Below are positions 1 to 12,780 of a DNA stretch of 64,000 nt, in pieces. Each line of letters starts with the position of its first letter. The first letter of the stretch is position 1. The notes beneath the pieces are model-generated. The model was given only the letters and a program-made list of their open reading frames with translations. It did no database searches and was not told the origin of the DNA. This DNA is from Lepidodermella squamata (Eukaryota; Animalia; Gastrotricha): NCBI GenBank assembly GCA_047495785.1, contig JBLDXI010000057.1, positions 62,001 through 126,000 on the forward strand. The letters run 5' to 3'. The translations under genes were made by a program, and so were the position numbers.

Positions 1-492
1 TTACTAAAAATCATCCATACATACATTTCGCCCATCCGCATTCATCGAGTGCATAGCTGCGGTGCAATATATGCCGCAGTACTAGCTATAGTAGAAACGC
101 CGTGGGTAATAATATTCATCAATATATTACGCTACAACTAGAGCTCGCATAGCCATCATCATGGCGCCGATTTTTTATAACGTAATATTCAGAAATACGC
201 TGCTTCTTCACGGAACTATCTTGCGCTAATAAACAATAGTTTCATAGCTATTTCTTGATCGTAAAAAGGCCACCAACCGAGTAGTTCCAGTTTGCAAGCC
301 ATTCAGAACAACAGCGTCAATTTCGGACCAAATTTTTGCCCATATCAGCCTGGATTTGAAGACTCCTCTCAAATATAGTTGTAATCCTTTAATACTATTT
401 AGCTTTGATTAAATCGGCTATTGACGAAAATTACGATTGGCAGGCAGCCAAAAATGGCCGTAATATTTCGCGAATAGACTCATAACATAGCA

Positions 493-1401
493 ATGTCTGA
501 CAACCCACCGCCGTCTTACAATGAGGTTATGGATGCCGTTCCGAAATCGAGGCTACCTAGAATCGACGAGATTCCGAGGAGTGAGGCAGGTGCTGCTAGC
601 CTCCGGGTTCATTTCGTGGCGATGCCTCCAGAGGTCGAAATGCCAGACGGACCGCTGATCGGCGGAACATGCCGAGAAGCCAACTCTGATCTCCTCGAAA
701 GTCACTATTTCGACGCATGTACGAGCTCATTCAACTGCCCTGCCCCACCCTCGACCGCCTACTCGCCTGTACCAGTTGCGAAAACTGAAGGATGTCGAAG
801 GGCGAGACGGCCTGTGTATTACTTCAGGCTTTTCCAAATTGTAAGTTGATTTGAAATTTCCAGTTAAATCCTAACATAAAAGATTGTTTAATCTAGTTGT
901 TAACTGTGGGGAATTTTTGTTTCCTGGTCATCTCTTTCAACATCACCCAGTCACGAATCTGTTCGGATTGGGTTTCGATCGTTTTCGCTGTCATCCTGAT
1001 TGGAGCTATCATCTTTTCTTTCTACCAGTTCTACAATGCATCGCCAATAGTGTACTCCATACCGGTAAAGATCCCCTGAAATTCCTCATTCATTAATTCA
1101 TTTCTTTTTTCAATTTTAAAGGAAAGTATTTTGCTTGTCATCCACTTATCGATGGCTATTTACTACTTTTGGTTGATTGCCTACTACGACTGGATCGTCA
1201 TGTCACTCGATTCTAGCTGCCATTATTTGACAATTTCTATAATGGTAAATTTCTAAAACGATGATTCAAAGAGAATGGCTCAATTTTTCTTTCCAACAGA
1301 CAATGTCTACGCTTGCTTTCAGTTGTTATATAGCCACGGGAACATGCCTTCTATGGCTAATAGATCGGTTCAGGAATCAGCGATCAGCAAACCTTCAATG
1401 A
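493..1401 (+). CDS. PPxY/4TM family gene L1 (exons 493-840, 897-1064, 1122-1244, 1300-1401)
   Basis: N-terminus MSDNPPPSY; three phase-0 GT-AG introns of 55-57 nt; four hydrophobic segments; terminal exon contains YIATGT. Confidence 0.85.
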
Positions 1402-1580
1402 TCAAGATTCAATACAAATCATCCTCTGCCTTAGTAGTTGGAAGTATTTTCCTTATCTTAATCATTTTCCTTCAGTCACTCAGTGACCATTCGGACTCCT
1501 TTCCAATAAAACCTTGATATTGGCTGACGAATCGATGCGATTTATTGCTGCTTTTTAGAGCTTTTAAGACAATTTCTGTT

Positions 1581-2350
1581 ATGGGCGAAGAGCTTCCGCC
1601 GAGTTACAAAGATGTGGTGGACAATTACCCTGAATTCCAGAGTCGATTACCGCCCGTGAACCAAGTGTCAAGCGATAGTGGATCGGGCCTTCTAAGGGTT
1701 CAATACGACCCACCCAGGTACTCGACTTCACCGCAAGGACAAGCTCAGCAGTGGTCAAACTATCCTCGGCTGTTCGTGGCATTACCCACCGTATCTGGAT
1801 TCAACCAAGCTTTAATACTCGATGATCAAGTTAAAAAATTGGCCATCAGACGATTTAGGACTGTTCAATCTGTAAGTTGAGGCTAAACTTGAAACATTTC
1901 CTATAATGAATTCTCTCACAACAGTATTGCATCATGATCTTCTACATTTTCTTCGGCCTCATACTCAATAGCTTAGATTGTTGGAAAAATGACCGAATCG
2001 GATTCGCTTATGGCTTGATCCTTCTATTCAGCTTTTTCTATCATATGATTCAACGTCAGCTAAATTCCACGATCTCCTACTCAGCAATGGTAAATTTAGA
2101 TTCCCATAATTTTTGCGAAAATTCATCGTCAATTGCACAGGATACGGTTTTGCTTGTGATACACACTGGAATGTTTTTTTACTGTTTTGGACTCGTGATC
2201 GAGTATAATTACTCACCGCGGACTTCGGAGAAGTACTGCTACGAAGCAACTGTCTTCGCGTTGGCTCTGTCTATCATGAGTACTATCTGGTACATCCCAA
2301 CAGGAACTAACTGCTTGCGTGTTTTACATAAAATTCATGATAATCTGTGA
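1581..2350 (+). CDS. PPxY/4TM family gene L2 (exons 1581-1871, 1925-2089, 2141-2350)
   Basis: MGEELPPSY; two introns, the family's third intron is absent; ends YIPTGTNCLRVLHKIHDNL*. Confidence 0.85.
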
Positions 2351-2466
2351 AGCTTACATAAAATGATCTCAAACCGGTTCATTATCTAGCTTATTTCTAA
2401 TGAAATTTAGGCTTGATTTATTATGCATTGAACGGATTTTGGGGTTGATCGAAATTGTTCAGTTTG

Positions 2467-3312
2467 ATGGAGGAAGATCCCGACCAGTTGCCTCCGTCAT
2501 ACTCGGAATTCTTATCCGTTCTACCTACTGCTCAAAATCGCCTGCCACGCGTTAACGATGTCTCGAGTGAAGATGGTCCCGGTCAACTCAAAGTTAGCTA
2601 TGATGCATTGAGGCCAGTCTCGTCTCCTTCCTGCAATGCCGAGGAGCCAACAGCTGAGCTGTACGTTCTCGACGAATGGGAGCCAAATCTCGTCATCGTG
2701 TCTTCCGGTTCTGATGATTTCGAAGAAATGGCTCGGCTTGAAAAAGCTCGGAAGATGCGAATAATCAGATACCGCAACACGCAAGCGGTAAGAAATTTGA
2801 TGAAATTGTAAATTTTTTCAAATTTTTAAATTTTATAGCTATTTTCTATTGCAAATTTTGTTGTTTTCCTGTGCATTCTTCAAATGATCGGCTGTTGGCG
2901 GGTGAACAAAATCGGCAATGCCTACGGATTTGTGGTTGTCTTTTGCTTCTTCTACCACATGTTTCAGCGTCAACTCGGTTGTGAAATTGTCTATTCAGTT
3001 GTTGTAAGCATGATTTATATCCTGTTCAACCTCATTTTTAAGAGACATGCTGTGTTCTAAGGATACTCTTTTAATGATGGTCCACTGCTCCATGGCTGGC
3101 TTCTGTCTCAATCAAATCTACAATTCAGACTCAGCAAAAGCTACCGGTTGCTTGGAAGCAACAATTACTGCTACAGTTAGTAAATTCCTCAATTTCAGGA
3201 TATGAATGATTCATTGATCTGATAGGTACTAGCTTTGGTCAACGCAGCCGTATTTATCCCGACTGGAACCCGATGCTTACCATTTATCCACACGCTCCAT
3301 GACAATCTCTAA
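2467..3312 (+). CDS. PPxY/4TM family gene L3 (exons 2467-2787, 2839-3003, 3062-3175, 3226-3312)
   Basis: MEEDPDQLPPSY; spliced frame is open; ends FIPTGTRCLPFIHTLHDNL*, a close paralogue of L2. Confidence 0.85.
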
Positions 3313-3415
3313 AATCTCATGAATCTAAAACCGTTTTATTTTCTGCAATGATACTCGATGAGCAATACAAAATCAATATTTATTTGCTTAATGATTTTAG
3401 GAATTGATAAAACGA

Positions 3416-4083
3416 ATGAGTAACGAACAAGTCCCCAGTTATGAAGCAGTCATCTCTGGGGATCATAATGACGCAACAAGAGCCCGCGCTTGTGATCGAG
3501 GGCTTAAATCGCTTTCCGACGATCAATCTAAACGCTTTCGGCTGACCCAAGCGGTTAGACTTGAAATCATTCCGAAATTCACTACAAACTTACATGTTTT
3601 GCAGGCCTTCTCTATGTTCAACATGTTTCTATTTGTCTTCGTCATAAATATGTGGGACTGTTGGCGCCGGCGAAAACTTGCGATCGCCTACAATCTACTG
3701 CTTGTCGTGTGCTGTTGTTACAACATGTTTCAATGGAAATGGAACTGCAAGCTATCCTTCTCCTATATGGTACGAATCGCCTCCTTTTTGGACCTGGTTT
3801 AATTTGCTTATTGATTAGGACACATTTCTGCTACTCGCCCATGGTGCTATGAACGTTTGCTGCCAATATTTGACTTATTGTTTCTTAATAACTACGAAGA
3901 CAAGCCTTTCGGACGGATGCCTTGAAGCTAGCCTAGCGGCTCTGGTAATTTTGACCTCAAAATGATTGTTGCTAATTAGTAATGCCTTGGTAATAGGTGC
4001 TATCTGCGTTACATTCTTTGCTGTACCTTCCAACTGGAACGAAATGGACTCCTTTCCCGAAATTACTCCACCAAATTGTGTGA
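3416..4083 (+). CDS. PPxY/4TM family gene L4 (exons 3416-3553, 3605-3769, 3819-3944, 3997-4083)
   Basis: MSNEQVPSY (variant motif); same intron positions; YLPTGT. Confidence 0.8.
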
Positions 4084-4523
4084 TCCCAATATGTTCTTTC
4101 ATGACTCATTACAACTAAACTTGAAAGCAATAAAATCGTATTTTTTAGCCTTCAGAGTGGAATATACCTCTGCGCCGTGTTTGTCCGCGATAAATAGCGG
4201 GCATGTTGTACTTGGCCGTATCAAATCGGTAATATTTTGACCCAGCGGCGTATCATCGTCGAGTGGTAATTTGTAATTTCTATGTAGAAGCGGCTAGTAG
4301 GTGGTAAACAGGAAGCGGCCCTCTAAGTATTTGCTGGCTTGCTACTCTCTTGGTTTACAATGTGCTATTTGAGGGGCTATTGTCCACACAGAGGAGGATA
4401 CGTGAAGATGCCGCCGAGTGTAAACACATCCATTAGCGCACCTGTATCATCGTCTAATAATACCTACCCTTCGCAGCTTGTTATTCCGATTTTACCTGGT
4501 ATATAGTTGAGAAATAGCCTGCA

Positions 4524-5269
4524 ATGGCTGAGGAAGCTACGATAAAGCCGATCGTGATCGACGAGCCGGCTCCGTCGAACACCGGGGCCGTCAGCCTGAT
4601 TCCGAATGAAAACATCGAAGTTTACAGCGAGGAAAATAGCGCTAAGAAAAAGCTCAACATCAAATACAAAATTTACTCGGGCATGATGCTTCGATACAGA
4701 ATCTGCATTTTGGTAAGCCTCATTTCTGTATTGACGACCCTAACTGGTTGTTTCATAAGGCTATAAATGTTACCATCATTGGATTGATTGGAGCAAGACT
4801 AGGTCTTCAATTGTTGGGTTATTGCGATTTCTACTTCGAAATCCCGCCTCGGATCGCTGGCTGTATACTGGCCATATTAGTGGGTATCGCAGTTTGGAAC
4901 GTGACGCGAGGCGACCCATTCACATATTCAGCAGTTGTAAGTTATTTGTTAGATACATTGCTGTACTCTATCTATTTTTGGGGTGAAGGATACGGTTTCT
5001 ATCGCGTGCCTTTTGGTCATCGCTGTTCCGGCTTGCTATTGGCCGTACTTCGACCAGGCAACTTGCAAGAAGGAAAAATGCTTCTACCTCGTTCCAACGA
5101 TCACGGTATTTTCAATTTGAGAAACAGTTTGAATATTTAGTGTTTGTTTCCTATTCAGATTATCTCACTCATGGCCGCATTCTGGCATCTGCCACATGGA
5201 ACGTGTATCATGCCGCTACTTCGACGTTCGTGCGTTAGGAAGACAGCTGACTCAGGGAACAGTGCATAA
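4524..5269 (+). CDS. 4TM family gene L5, lacks PPxY (exons 4524-4712, 4760-4936, 4989-5105, 5159-5269)
   Basis: Same three phase-0 introns; exon 3 starts DT; HLPHGT motif. Confidence 0.8.
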
Positions 5270-5643
5270 TTTTGAAACGCATGAACAATCAGAGCGCATT
5301 CGTAAAATTCTAATAAAACACCAAGCATATATTTTATCGGTTTCGTCGATTCTTTCTTCTTTCGATTTATCATTTATCAACCTTGTGCGATTTAATGCTT
5401 CTCGCAAATGTACTGCGATATACAAAAATATAGGCTATAAATATATTATTTCAGCACGATCCATTCACAGTATAGTTATTATTACGAAAGTGCACAGCCT
5501 AATATTCGATATATGCTATAGTAATATTACGAATACTACACACTCGTAGTATGCGGCATGTAAATGCATGCAGATGAAGGCTTTTATGCATCTGAAAGCT
5601 GACTAGAAACATTGTTGATTCACAGTGATATCAGTATGCTATC

Positions 5644-6518
5644 ATGACTGAATCGCCGCCTTCTTACCGAGAAGTGTTACTGGCGATCCCGGACACTGAC
5701 CAGAGGCGCCTGCCCGAGGTTAATCCAGTAGGTCATCATCAGCCGCAAATTCAGCGCGATAATGGCGTCTACATCGCCCATTCGAGGCCAGGGCCACTCA
5801 ATTTAGGCTTCCAGCCGGTCCATGACAACACGCAGCCGCCTGTTTCTTCAGATAATTTACCAGAAATTATTGCAGCTAGGAAAACATGTCATCAGTACAG
5901 AGTTGTTCTTCTGGTGAGTTAACCTCTCCCTTGTGGTGAATTTAATATTTTTTTGCTCATCGATTTAGGTCGCACATTTTATGACAATTAGTTTGTCATC
6001 AACGATATCCCTATTCGGACTTACCGGATTTTGTTACCACCCTCTTGCCTTCTTGCTGCTGGCTTGCGCTCTATTACTAGCACTGGTCCTCATCTACTCC
6101 TTCTTTCAGATTCGCACAATGGACTCCTCGTTATTTTACATCCAGGTAAAAATATCGAAAGAATCATTCTTCATAAAAGCTTAACGTGTCCAATTCTAAC
6201 ACAGGACAGTATTACTCTTTTAATTCTCGTTTTGATATTCATAATATGCTCGTCTTTTGTGGCTCTTGAAGCATACAAATCTGGATTCTGCAGATATTTT
6301 CTCGTGGCAACAATTGTAAGTAGAAATATAGGCACTTCAGCTCGTTTACTCCTGTAATCATGTAGATGACGGCTTTAATCACCGCCGCTATGCACGTGGT
6401 GACGGGAACCTATCTTATATCTTGCATTCGGCAAAGGATGGTTGGCAACGTTGGACCCAGGCTGCGGGTGATACGAGAGATGAGAATGGCTGACAGATTT
6501 CTCCACGAACCGCGATGA
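5644..6518 (+). CDS. PPxY/4TM family gene L6 (exons 5644-5913, 5969-6145, 6205-6315, 6366-6518)
   Basis: MTESPPSY; HVVTGT; recent paralogue of L7. Confidence 0.85.
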
Positions 6519-7452
6519 CCCGTGGCAGGGAGACCCAAGACAAAACTCATGTCATCCAAGTGACACACTAAGGGACACATCTAAACTTCGGTAATTAAAA
6601 GCCAATTTATATACCGATGATACTTTCCATGTATGCAACGCTTTATTCTTCAATCTCGCTCCTCAACAATTGAAAATGTTGCTAAATTCACTGCCTCACG
6701 CGACAGTTTCAAAAACAGCAAAAACAAATAAAAAACCCCGCTCATTGGTTGGGACAGAGCACCGAGCCTCATTAATTCCTGACTATCTTGGCACTGTCAG
6801 ACGATGCTCTTTGCTGTCAAGGAAGCTAATATTCGTCTTAGCTTTGGATGAGGCAGATTACTCTTCGAAACGATTAATATTGTGCGATGGTTTAATGACT
6901 TCACCCATCTCGGAGGTGATACTCCACTAAATCGCTCATAAAATTTCTAATGAGTATGACTGATGAAAATACTCTGTTATTTACTTGTGCTTTCTCCTGA
7001 ATAGTGAAATAAAATGGACTTGAATCTCTCGAAATATGTCTATTACTATACTACAAAAATTCACTGAAGAAATGAGACCAAATAATGAAAAAGTGAAGAA
7101 CGGTTTGGCTTAAATTTTTCGATTTCATTTGACGCAATGTGCACGAATAATAGATTGAAGAAATGTACCCAAATGAAGCTAATTAAAAAATACGACAATG
7201 TGGCTTTATTTGATGACTTACACGTTGCGATTAGCTATATGCCTTAGCAGTTTTTTCAAATATGAATCGATACATTACCCATTTGAGATCACGAAAAAAT
7301 GAAAATGACCGGATTTTTGAGCGTGCATCCGATGCTTTGCTCATTGCTTAACGCAGTAATTATAGTATCTCTACATGCATATGAAGCTAAGCCTCCTTGA
7401 ATCGGTTCTACACAATTTTTTAAAACGTTTAGCTGCATATGGGGTTTGTGGA

Positions 7453-8311
7453 TTCGGAGCCTTCGGAGCCTTCGGAGCCACGAAGTTTGTGGATCGCAGA
7501 ACGGCAATAATGATGGCAAATGGATTGGTTTTCAGCCATTTGAACTACGGCGACATCACATTAGGCCAGGCAGCACCGACAAATCTGGCTAAACTTCAAT
7601 CGACACAAGACCGAGCCGTGCGTGCCATTTGCGGGGCGCATCCCTTGGCCGACCCTGAATCGTTGAGACGCCGTCTTGGTTGGGTCGACGTCAATCAAAA
7701 ACACTCCATTCACCTTGCTACTTTGATTTGGAGCTGCTTACACCATCAAGCACCAGTAGCGATGCAAACATTGTTCCGGCTAAACGAAACCAGTTCCTAC
7801 GATGTTCGCCGATCTGAACCAATGTTCAAACCAACTTTCAAAAAGTAACGCGGCACGCTAAGCTGGAGCTATCGCGGGCCGGACTGGTGGAACGTACTGC
7901 CGACCGAAGCTCATCGAGCAGCATCGGCCAAGGAATGCCGCGAAGCTGTGTACAATCATTGTTACTCTACCAATGCTGGGAAATTAAAGTTAATAAAAAT
8001 TAGCGAAGGCCTTGTTCTGGCTATGCTTGAGATGAGATATAAAATGCAATTTGTGATTTTATTTTTATATTTAATGTTTGATGTGCTGATTTTTACTGCG
8101 CTGCGATTTTGTTGTTATGTTGTTTGTTGAGTTTGACATTATCAAACATCAAACTGATCTATAACTTTGTTTCTCTCCTACTACACCTTTCCTGTCCTAA
8201 ATCTGAATTTGTCCTGCAATTATATGTTGTTTTCCTTAAAATTGTCAAGCTGCCCACTCTTGGGCGTATGAGCTTCAAAATAAATAAATAAAATAAATAA
8301 ATAAATATAAA
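7453..8311 (+). mobile_element. 5'-truncated non-LTR retrotransposon (CR1/L2 group) ORF2 C-terminus with 3' UTR and (TAAA)n tail
   Basis: LVFSHLNYG...KLQSTQDRAVRAI...SYRGPDWWNVLP is a typical post-RT region; in-frame TAA at 7846; TAAA repeats at 8278-8311. Confidence 0.8.
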
Positions 8312-8450
8312 ATGACGGATTACAAGCTGCTTCTCAACAAATTCAACATGGTATCGCTGGAAAACAGGCGTTGTCAACGTGACTTATCTCTTATGTTCAA
8401 ACTATATAGAAGCTTCATTGATGCTGAATTCGAGACGTTTTTTAAAAGAT
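8312..8450 (+). mobile_element. Short fragment of a different LINE ORF2 C-terminus
   Basis: YKLLLNKFNMVSLENRRCQRDLSLMFK resembles the L..RR...DL...FK motif of CR1/Jockey-group ORF2 ends. Confidence 0.5.
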
Positions 8451-8994
8451 CCTTTGGCAGATCCGGCTCCGCTTCGGCATCGACTTGGATGGCTTACTGT
8501 CAACCAGAAACATGCGGTACACCTATGCACATTCATATGGAAGAGCTCCACGTGATGGCGCCGGACGACTTCAAGTCGATGTTCAAGCTGAACGATCGCA
8601 GCCATGGCTTTAACTGTCGCAATTTCGAGCCAATGCTCAGACCAACCTTCACTACCGAGCGTGGCCAACTGAGTCTGTCTTACAGAGGCCCACATTTGTC
8701 GTTCACGACGCGCAGTCTGCAAAGGCGTGCCGCGGAGCTGCCTACGCACATGTTTACGCCAGGAAAGCCACACAACCATAGTCAATATATATATTTTGTA
8801 TTTTTGCTCAATTTGTTGTGTCTGATTCTGTTGTTTGTTGTTGGATTTTCTACAATCTACTTTCGAATATTTAATGTCATCTGATTTGTCCTATACCTCT
8901 GCACCCTGTCGTACAATTATATGTTTCTCTTTCATTCAACTTGCTAAGCTGCCCTCTTCTGTGCGATATGGCTTCTAAATAAATAAATAATAAA
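8451..8994 (+). mobile_element. Second, diverged, frameshifted copy of the CR1/L2-group LINE 3' end
   Basis: PLADPAPLRHRLGWLTVNQKH aligns with PLADPESLRRRLGWVDVNQKH of the first copy; SYRGP motif; similar 3' UTR; TAAA tail at 8976-8994. Confidence 0.75.
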
Positions 8995-9335
8995 TTATCT
9001 TTACCTATGTGCCATCGTGACTGCCATAAATTTTCCTTCAATCGCCGATTTATTAATTGGTGGAATAGCCTACCATATGATGTTGTTGCTGGTTCAATTT
9101 ATAATTTCAAGAAATACGTTGCTAGCTTGGATAGAACAAAATTCTTAATTTCTACAGTGAGACGCCTTTAATTGCTACCGATCGTTAGATCAATTGCAAG
9201 TCGAATTAAAATAAGGCAAGGACAAGAGGGTAGAGTTATTATGGTGAATAGGCAGTGGCTGGACTTTTTGTCTGCAAAGTCTGCTTACAAAACAATTGAT
9301 ATACCTTAATTATGATACATGAGTGCCTGCGCCTG

Positions 9336-9374
9336 ATGACAGATTTTCCTCCTTCTTACATCTTGACATCTTGA
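9336..9374 (+). pseudogene. 5' stub of an L8 paralogue (MTDFPPSYILTS*)
   Basis: About 130 bp upstream and the first 8 codons match the L8 region (11995-12148), then similarity ends. Confidence 0.7.
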
Positions 9375-10110
9375 GCATCTGCTTCGAGACCAGCGAAATG
9401 TTCAGATTTACGAATTCTCTGATTCCCGCTCATTGATTGAATCAAAAGCACTTGAGCCTCAACAATTTCTGGCTTCTGGCTTCAGCTTGGCGTTGCTCCT
9501 TGCTGTCAAAGAGCAAAGAGCTCAAATGCGTCTTGTCTTCCGTATGAGACAGATTATTTTGGACAAAGCAATGTAAAAAAACGCGGAGATGATAAAATTG
9601 GAAGCGATTAATAATGTGCTATGGGAACCAAAAAATGACCCATTCACATCTCTGTTCGGCGATAGCCCACTGAAATGCTCAGACGATTTCTAATGAGTAT
9701 AATTGATGAAAATGCTCTGCGACGGCACAGGCAACAGCGGATAATTTTAAAACGGATGAAAAATACAAGGATTCGTAAAATTCGAATAACACACCGATTT
9801 CAACTTGATAGTTTTCATCGGTTCCGTCGTCGAATAATCAACTTCGCGCGATTTAAAGCTTCTCGCAAATGAACTGCAATATTATACACAAATATATAGG
9901 TAATGAATATATTATTTCAGCACGATCCATTCATAGTATAGTTATTACGAAAGTGCACAGCCATATATTCGATATATACGCTGTAGTAATATTACAAATA
10001 CTACACACTCGTAGTATGCAGCATGTAAATGCATGCAGATGAAGGCTTTTCTGCCTCTGAAAGCTGCCCATACAAATATCGTTGCTTCACACTGATATCA
10101 ATGTGCTATC

Positions 10111-10946
10111 ATGACTGAATCGCCGCCTTCTTACCGAGAAGTGTTATTGGCGATCCCGGATACTGACCAGAGGCGCCTGCCCGAGGTTAACCCTACACCT
10201 CATCATCAACCGCAAATTCACCACGATAATGACGTCTACATTGTCCATTCGACTTCAGGGCCGCTGAATTTAGGCTTCCAACCCGTCCATGACAACTCGC
10301 AGCCGCCTGTATCCCCGGATCATTTACCAGAAATGATAGCAGCTAGGAGAAAATGCCATCAGTACAGGGTCATGCTTCTGGTGAGTTGAACTCTCCCTCT
10401 GTGGTGAACTGTGAACTTAACATTTTGCTGATCAATTTAGGTCGCCCATTTTATGACAGTCGGTTTGGCATTAACGGTATCCATATTCGGAGCTTTAGGG
10501 TTTTGTTTCCACCCTCTTGTCTTCTTGCTGATGGCTTGCGCTCTATTACTAGCACTGGTCCTCATCTACTCCTTCTTTCAGATTCGCATAATGGATACCT
10601 CGTTATTCTACATTCAGGTTTGAATTTTGGCAGAATCATCATCTCATCAAATTTAACCTTAACAGGACAGTATTACCCTCGTAATGCTGGTTGTGATATT
10701 CCTAATATGCTCGTCTTTCGTGGCTCTTGAGGCCTACAAATCAGGACTCTGCAGATATTTGCTCATCGCAACGATTGTAAGTAGAAGTAGCTACTTCGGC
10801 TCGTTTCTTGTTAACCCTGTTGTTTCTAGACGGCGGCTTTCATCACCGCGGCTATGCACTTGGTGACTGGAACTTGTCTAATATCTAGCATACGACAAAG
10901 GATGGTTGGTAACGTTCGAGCCAGACTGCGGGTGATACCCCATTAA
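10111..10946 (+). CDS. PPxY/4TM family gene L7 (exons 10111-10380, 10441-10617, 10666-10776, 10830-10946)
   Basis: First 29 aa identical to L6; HLVTGT; ends LRVIPH*. Confidence 0.85.
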
Positions 10947-11067
10947 AACGCTGCGACAGTTTCTCATGAGTACAACTGATAAAAATTCTTTATAACTTGC
11001 TTGGGCTTTCAATTGAAAAATGAAATAAATTCAACTTGAATCTCTCCAAATTTGTGTACCTTATTTA

Positions 11068-11678
11068 CCGTATTTCTCGAAAATATACGACACACCTGTA
11101 TATATCCCCGCTCCCTAATACAACCCGACGAAAAAATCGTTTGTTCATATTTAACCCAGGCCTCGAAATTGTACCACAGCTATTTTAATTTGGGCGAAGC
11201 ATGCGTTGGAACAAAAGAAAAGCCTTATTAATGACGCATTATCGTAATCAGTGATTAGCTATCGCGTAAGCAGCTTCGCAACGTCTGATCTTGGCACCAT
11301 TCATAAGCCAGCAGAAAATGCCCATTCAGCATTCACTAGCTGAGACACAGAGTTTTATTTTAACATTTTCATATCCTTCTTAATCGTTTTAACCTTCTGG
11401 AATCGATGATGGCTGGCTCTCCTGATCGTCTTCAAGATTCCGTCCAGGTGTCCGAAGAAGACAAGCGAAAGCGGCACCGCAAGTATTCCCTCGCATTTTC
11501 ACTGAATCGACAAATAAAACAATCTAAAAACGTCGTCTTAATACGAATTGCTCGCGGCTTTTTGTGATGATTCGCAATTAAACAGCACACCCGTATATAT
11601 CCCCACTCCCTAATACAACCCGAATCAAAAATCATTTGTTCATAAATATAGCCCGCGGTAAATTTTCGAGAAATACGG
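11068..11678. mobile_element. Non-autonomous Tc1/mariner-superfamily (Tc2/pogo-like) MITE
   Basis: TIR CCGTATTTCTCGAAAAT ... ATTTTCGAGAAATACGG; TA on both sides; subterminal direct repeats; empty site near 7045. Confidence 0.85.
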
Positions 11679-12125
11679 TAACTACAAAATTCACTGATGA
11701 AATGATATCAAATAAGCGATGATCATTTTTTCGATTTTATTTAGCACAAAATCTCAGATGAAGACATGTACCCGGAGGAAGCTCATGAAAAATACGATAG
11801 TGTGGCTTAATTTGATTACTTTCGCGTTGCGATGGCCATCCCCTATCAGTTTTTCAATTATGAATCGATAATTTGTTAAAAAGCATTACTTACACGTGAA
11901 AAAAGAAAGTGACCGAACGCCGTATTTTTGAGCGTACATCCGATGCCTTGCTCATAGCATGCATTGCTTGCTGTAGTAATCCTACTTCAAGCCATGGTAA
12001 GGACAAGAGGGTAGAGCCGCTCTGATGGTCAATAGACAGAGGCTGAGCTTTTTGTCTGGAAAATCTGCTTACATAACAATGGCTTGGGATTGATACCTTA
12101 ATTATGATACATCAGTGCGTGCCTA

Positions 12126-12780
12126 ATGACGGATTTTCCTCCTTCCTATGCTGAAGTTATATCGGAAACCTCCACATTGCAAGCCGAAATTGTTGCAGGA
12201 ACGAAGAGCCTTGCTGTTCGGAAACTTTTCTTTTTCTACAGGACATTTTTATTGGTAAGATTACTCTAACAATTTATTGTCAGATCGTTGTAACTTATCG
12301 CTAAACAGGCTGTTAATTTTGTTCTGATAATCCTCGCATTGCTCCAGTACCTTTTGGAGCTTGGAAACTGTTGCCAGGGCGAGGGACATGTTCTCAGCTT
12401 AGCCTTTGTTATTCTTCTTTCTTTAATCACTGTCCTATCCATAATAAGGCTGCTCAAAGCTGACCCAGTCGACTACTCGGTTGAGGTAAGTTATTCTATA
12501 GCCACGAGAAAAGGAAAAGGAGTTCGCTTTTTGCAGGACTCTATTAATTTGATCACTGTAATTGCAATGGCTGTGAACTTCTACCACTCGTATATCCAAT
12601 GTCACCTCGATACAAAAAATTGCGAAATTTACCAGCATAACACGGTAAGGAACTGAAAGGTAAACATTTAAATTGTAAATGCTGATAATTTTGCAACTAT
12701 AGGCGTTTGCACTCGCAGCTGTGATCTTAAACCTCCCTTCCGGCACTTCTTTAGCCAGTTACTTTGCGAACAAGTTTTGA
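12126..12780 (+). CDS. PPxY/4TM family gene L8 (exons 12126-12254, 12309-12485, 12537-12644, 12703-12780)
   Basis: MTDFPPSY; conserved introns; NLPSGT. Confidence 0.85.

Larger units (their letters stand above)
5298..9359 (+). repeat. Segmental duplication copy A (partner about 9771-12148); boundaries approximate
   Basis: Colinear similarity over the upstream region, gene L6/L7, the spacer and the MTDFPPSY start; LINE fragments inserted only in this copy. Confidence 0.75.
9771..12148 (+). repeat. Segmental duplication copy B; boundaries approximate
   Basis: Colinear with 5298-9359; carries the MITE at 11068-11678 that copy A lacks. Confidence 0.75.

Noticed and set aside
8312-8884. 190-aa ORF as a gene
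   Set aside because: Chance fusion of two LINE fragments across a frameshift plus 3' UTR
6950-11710. Other CTGATGA occurrences (about 6960, 9333, 11694) as hammerheads
   Set aside because: No helix II followed by GAAA
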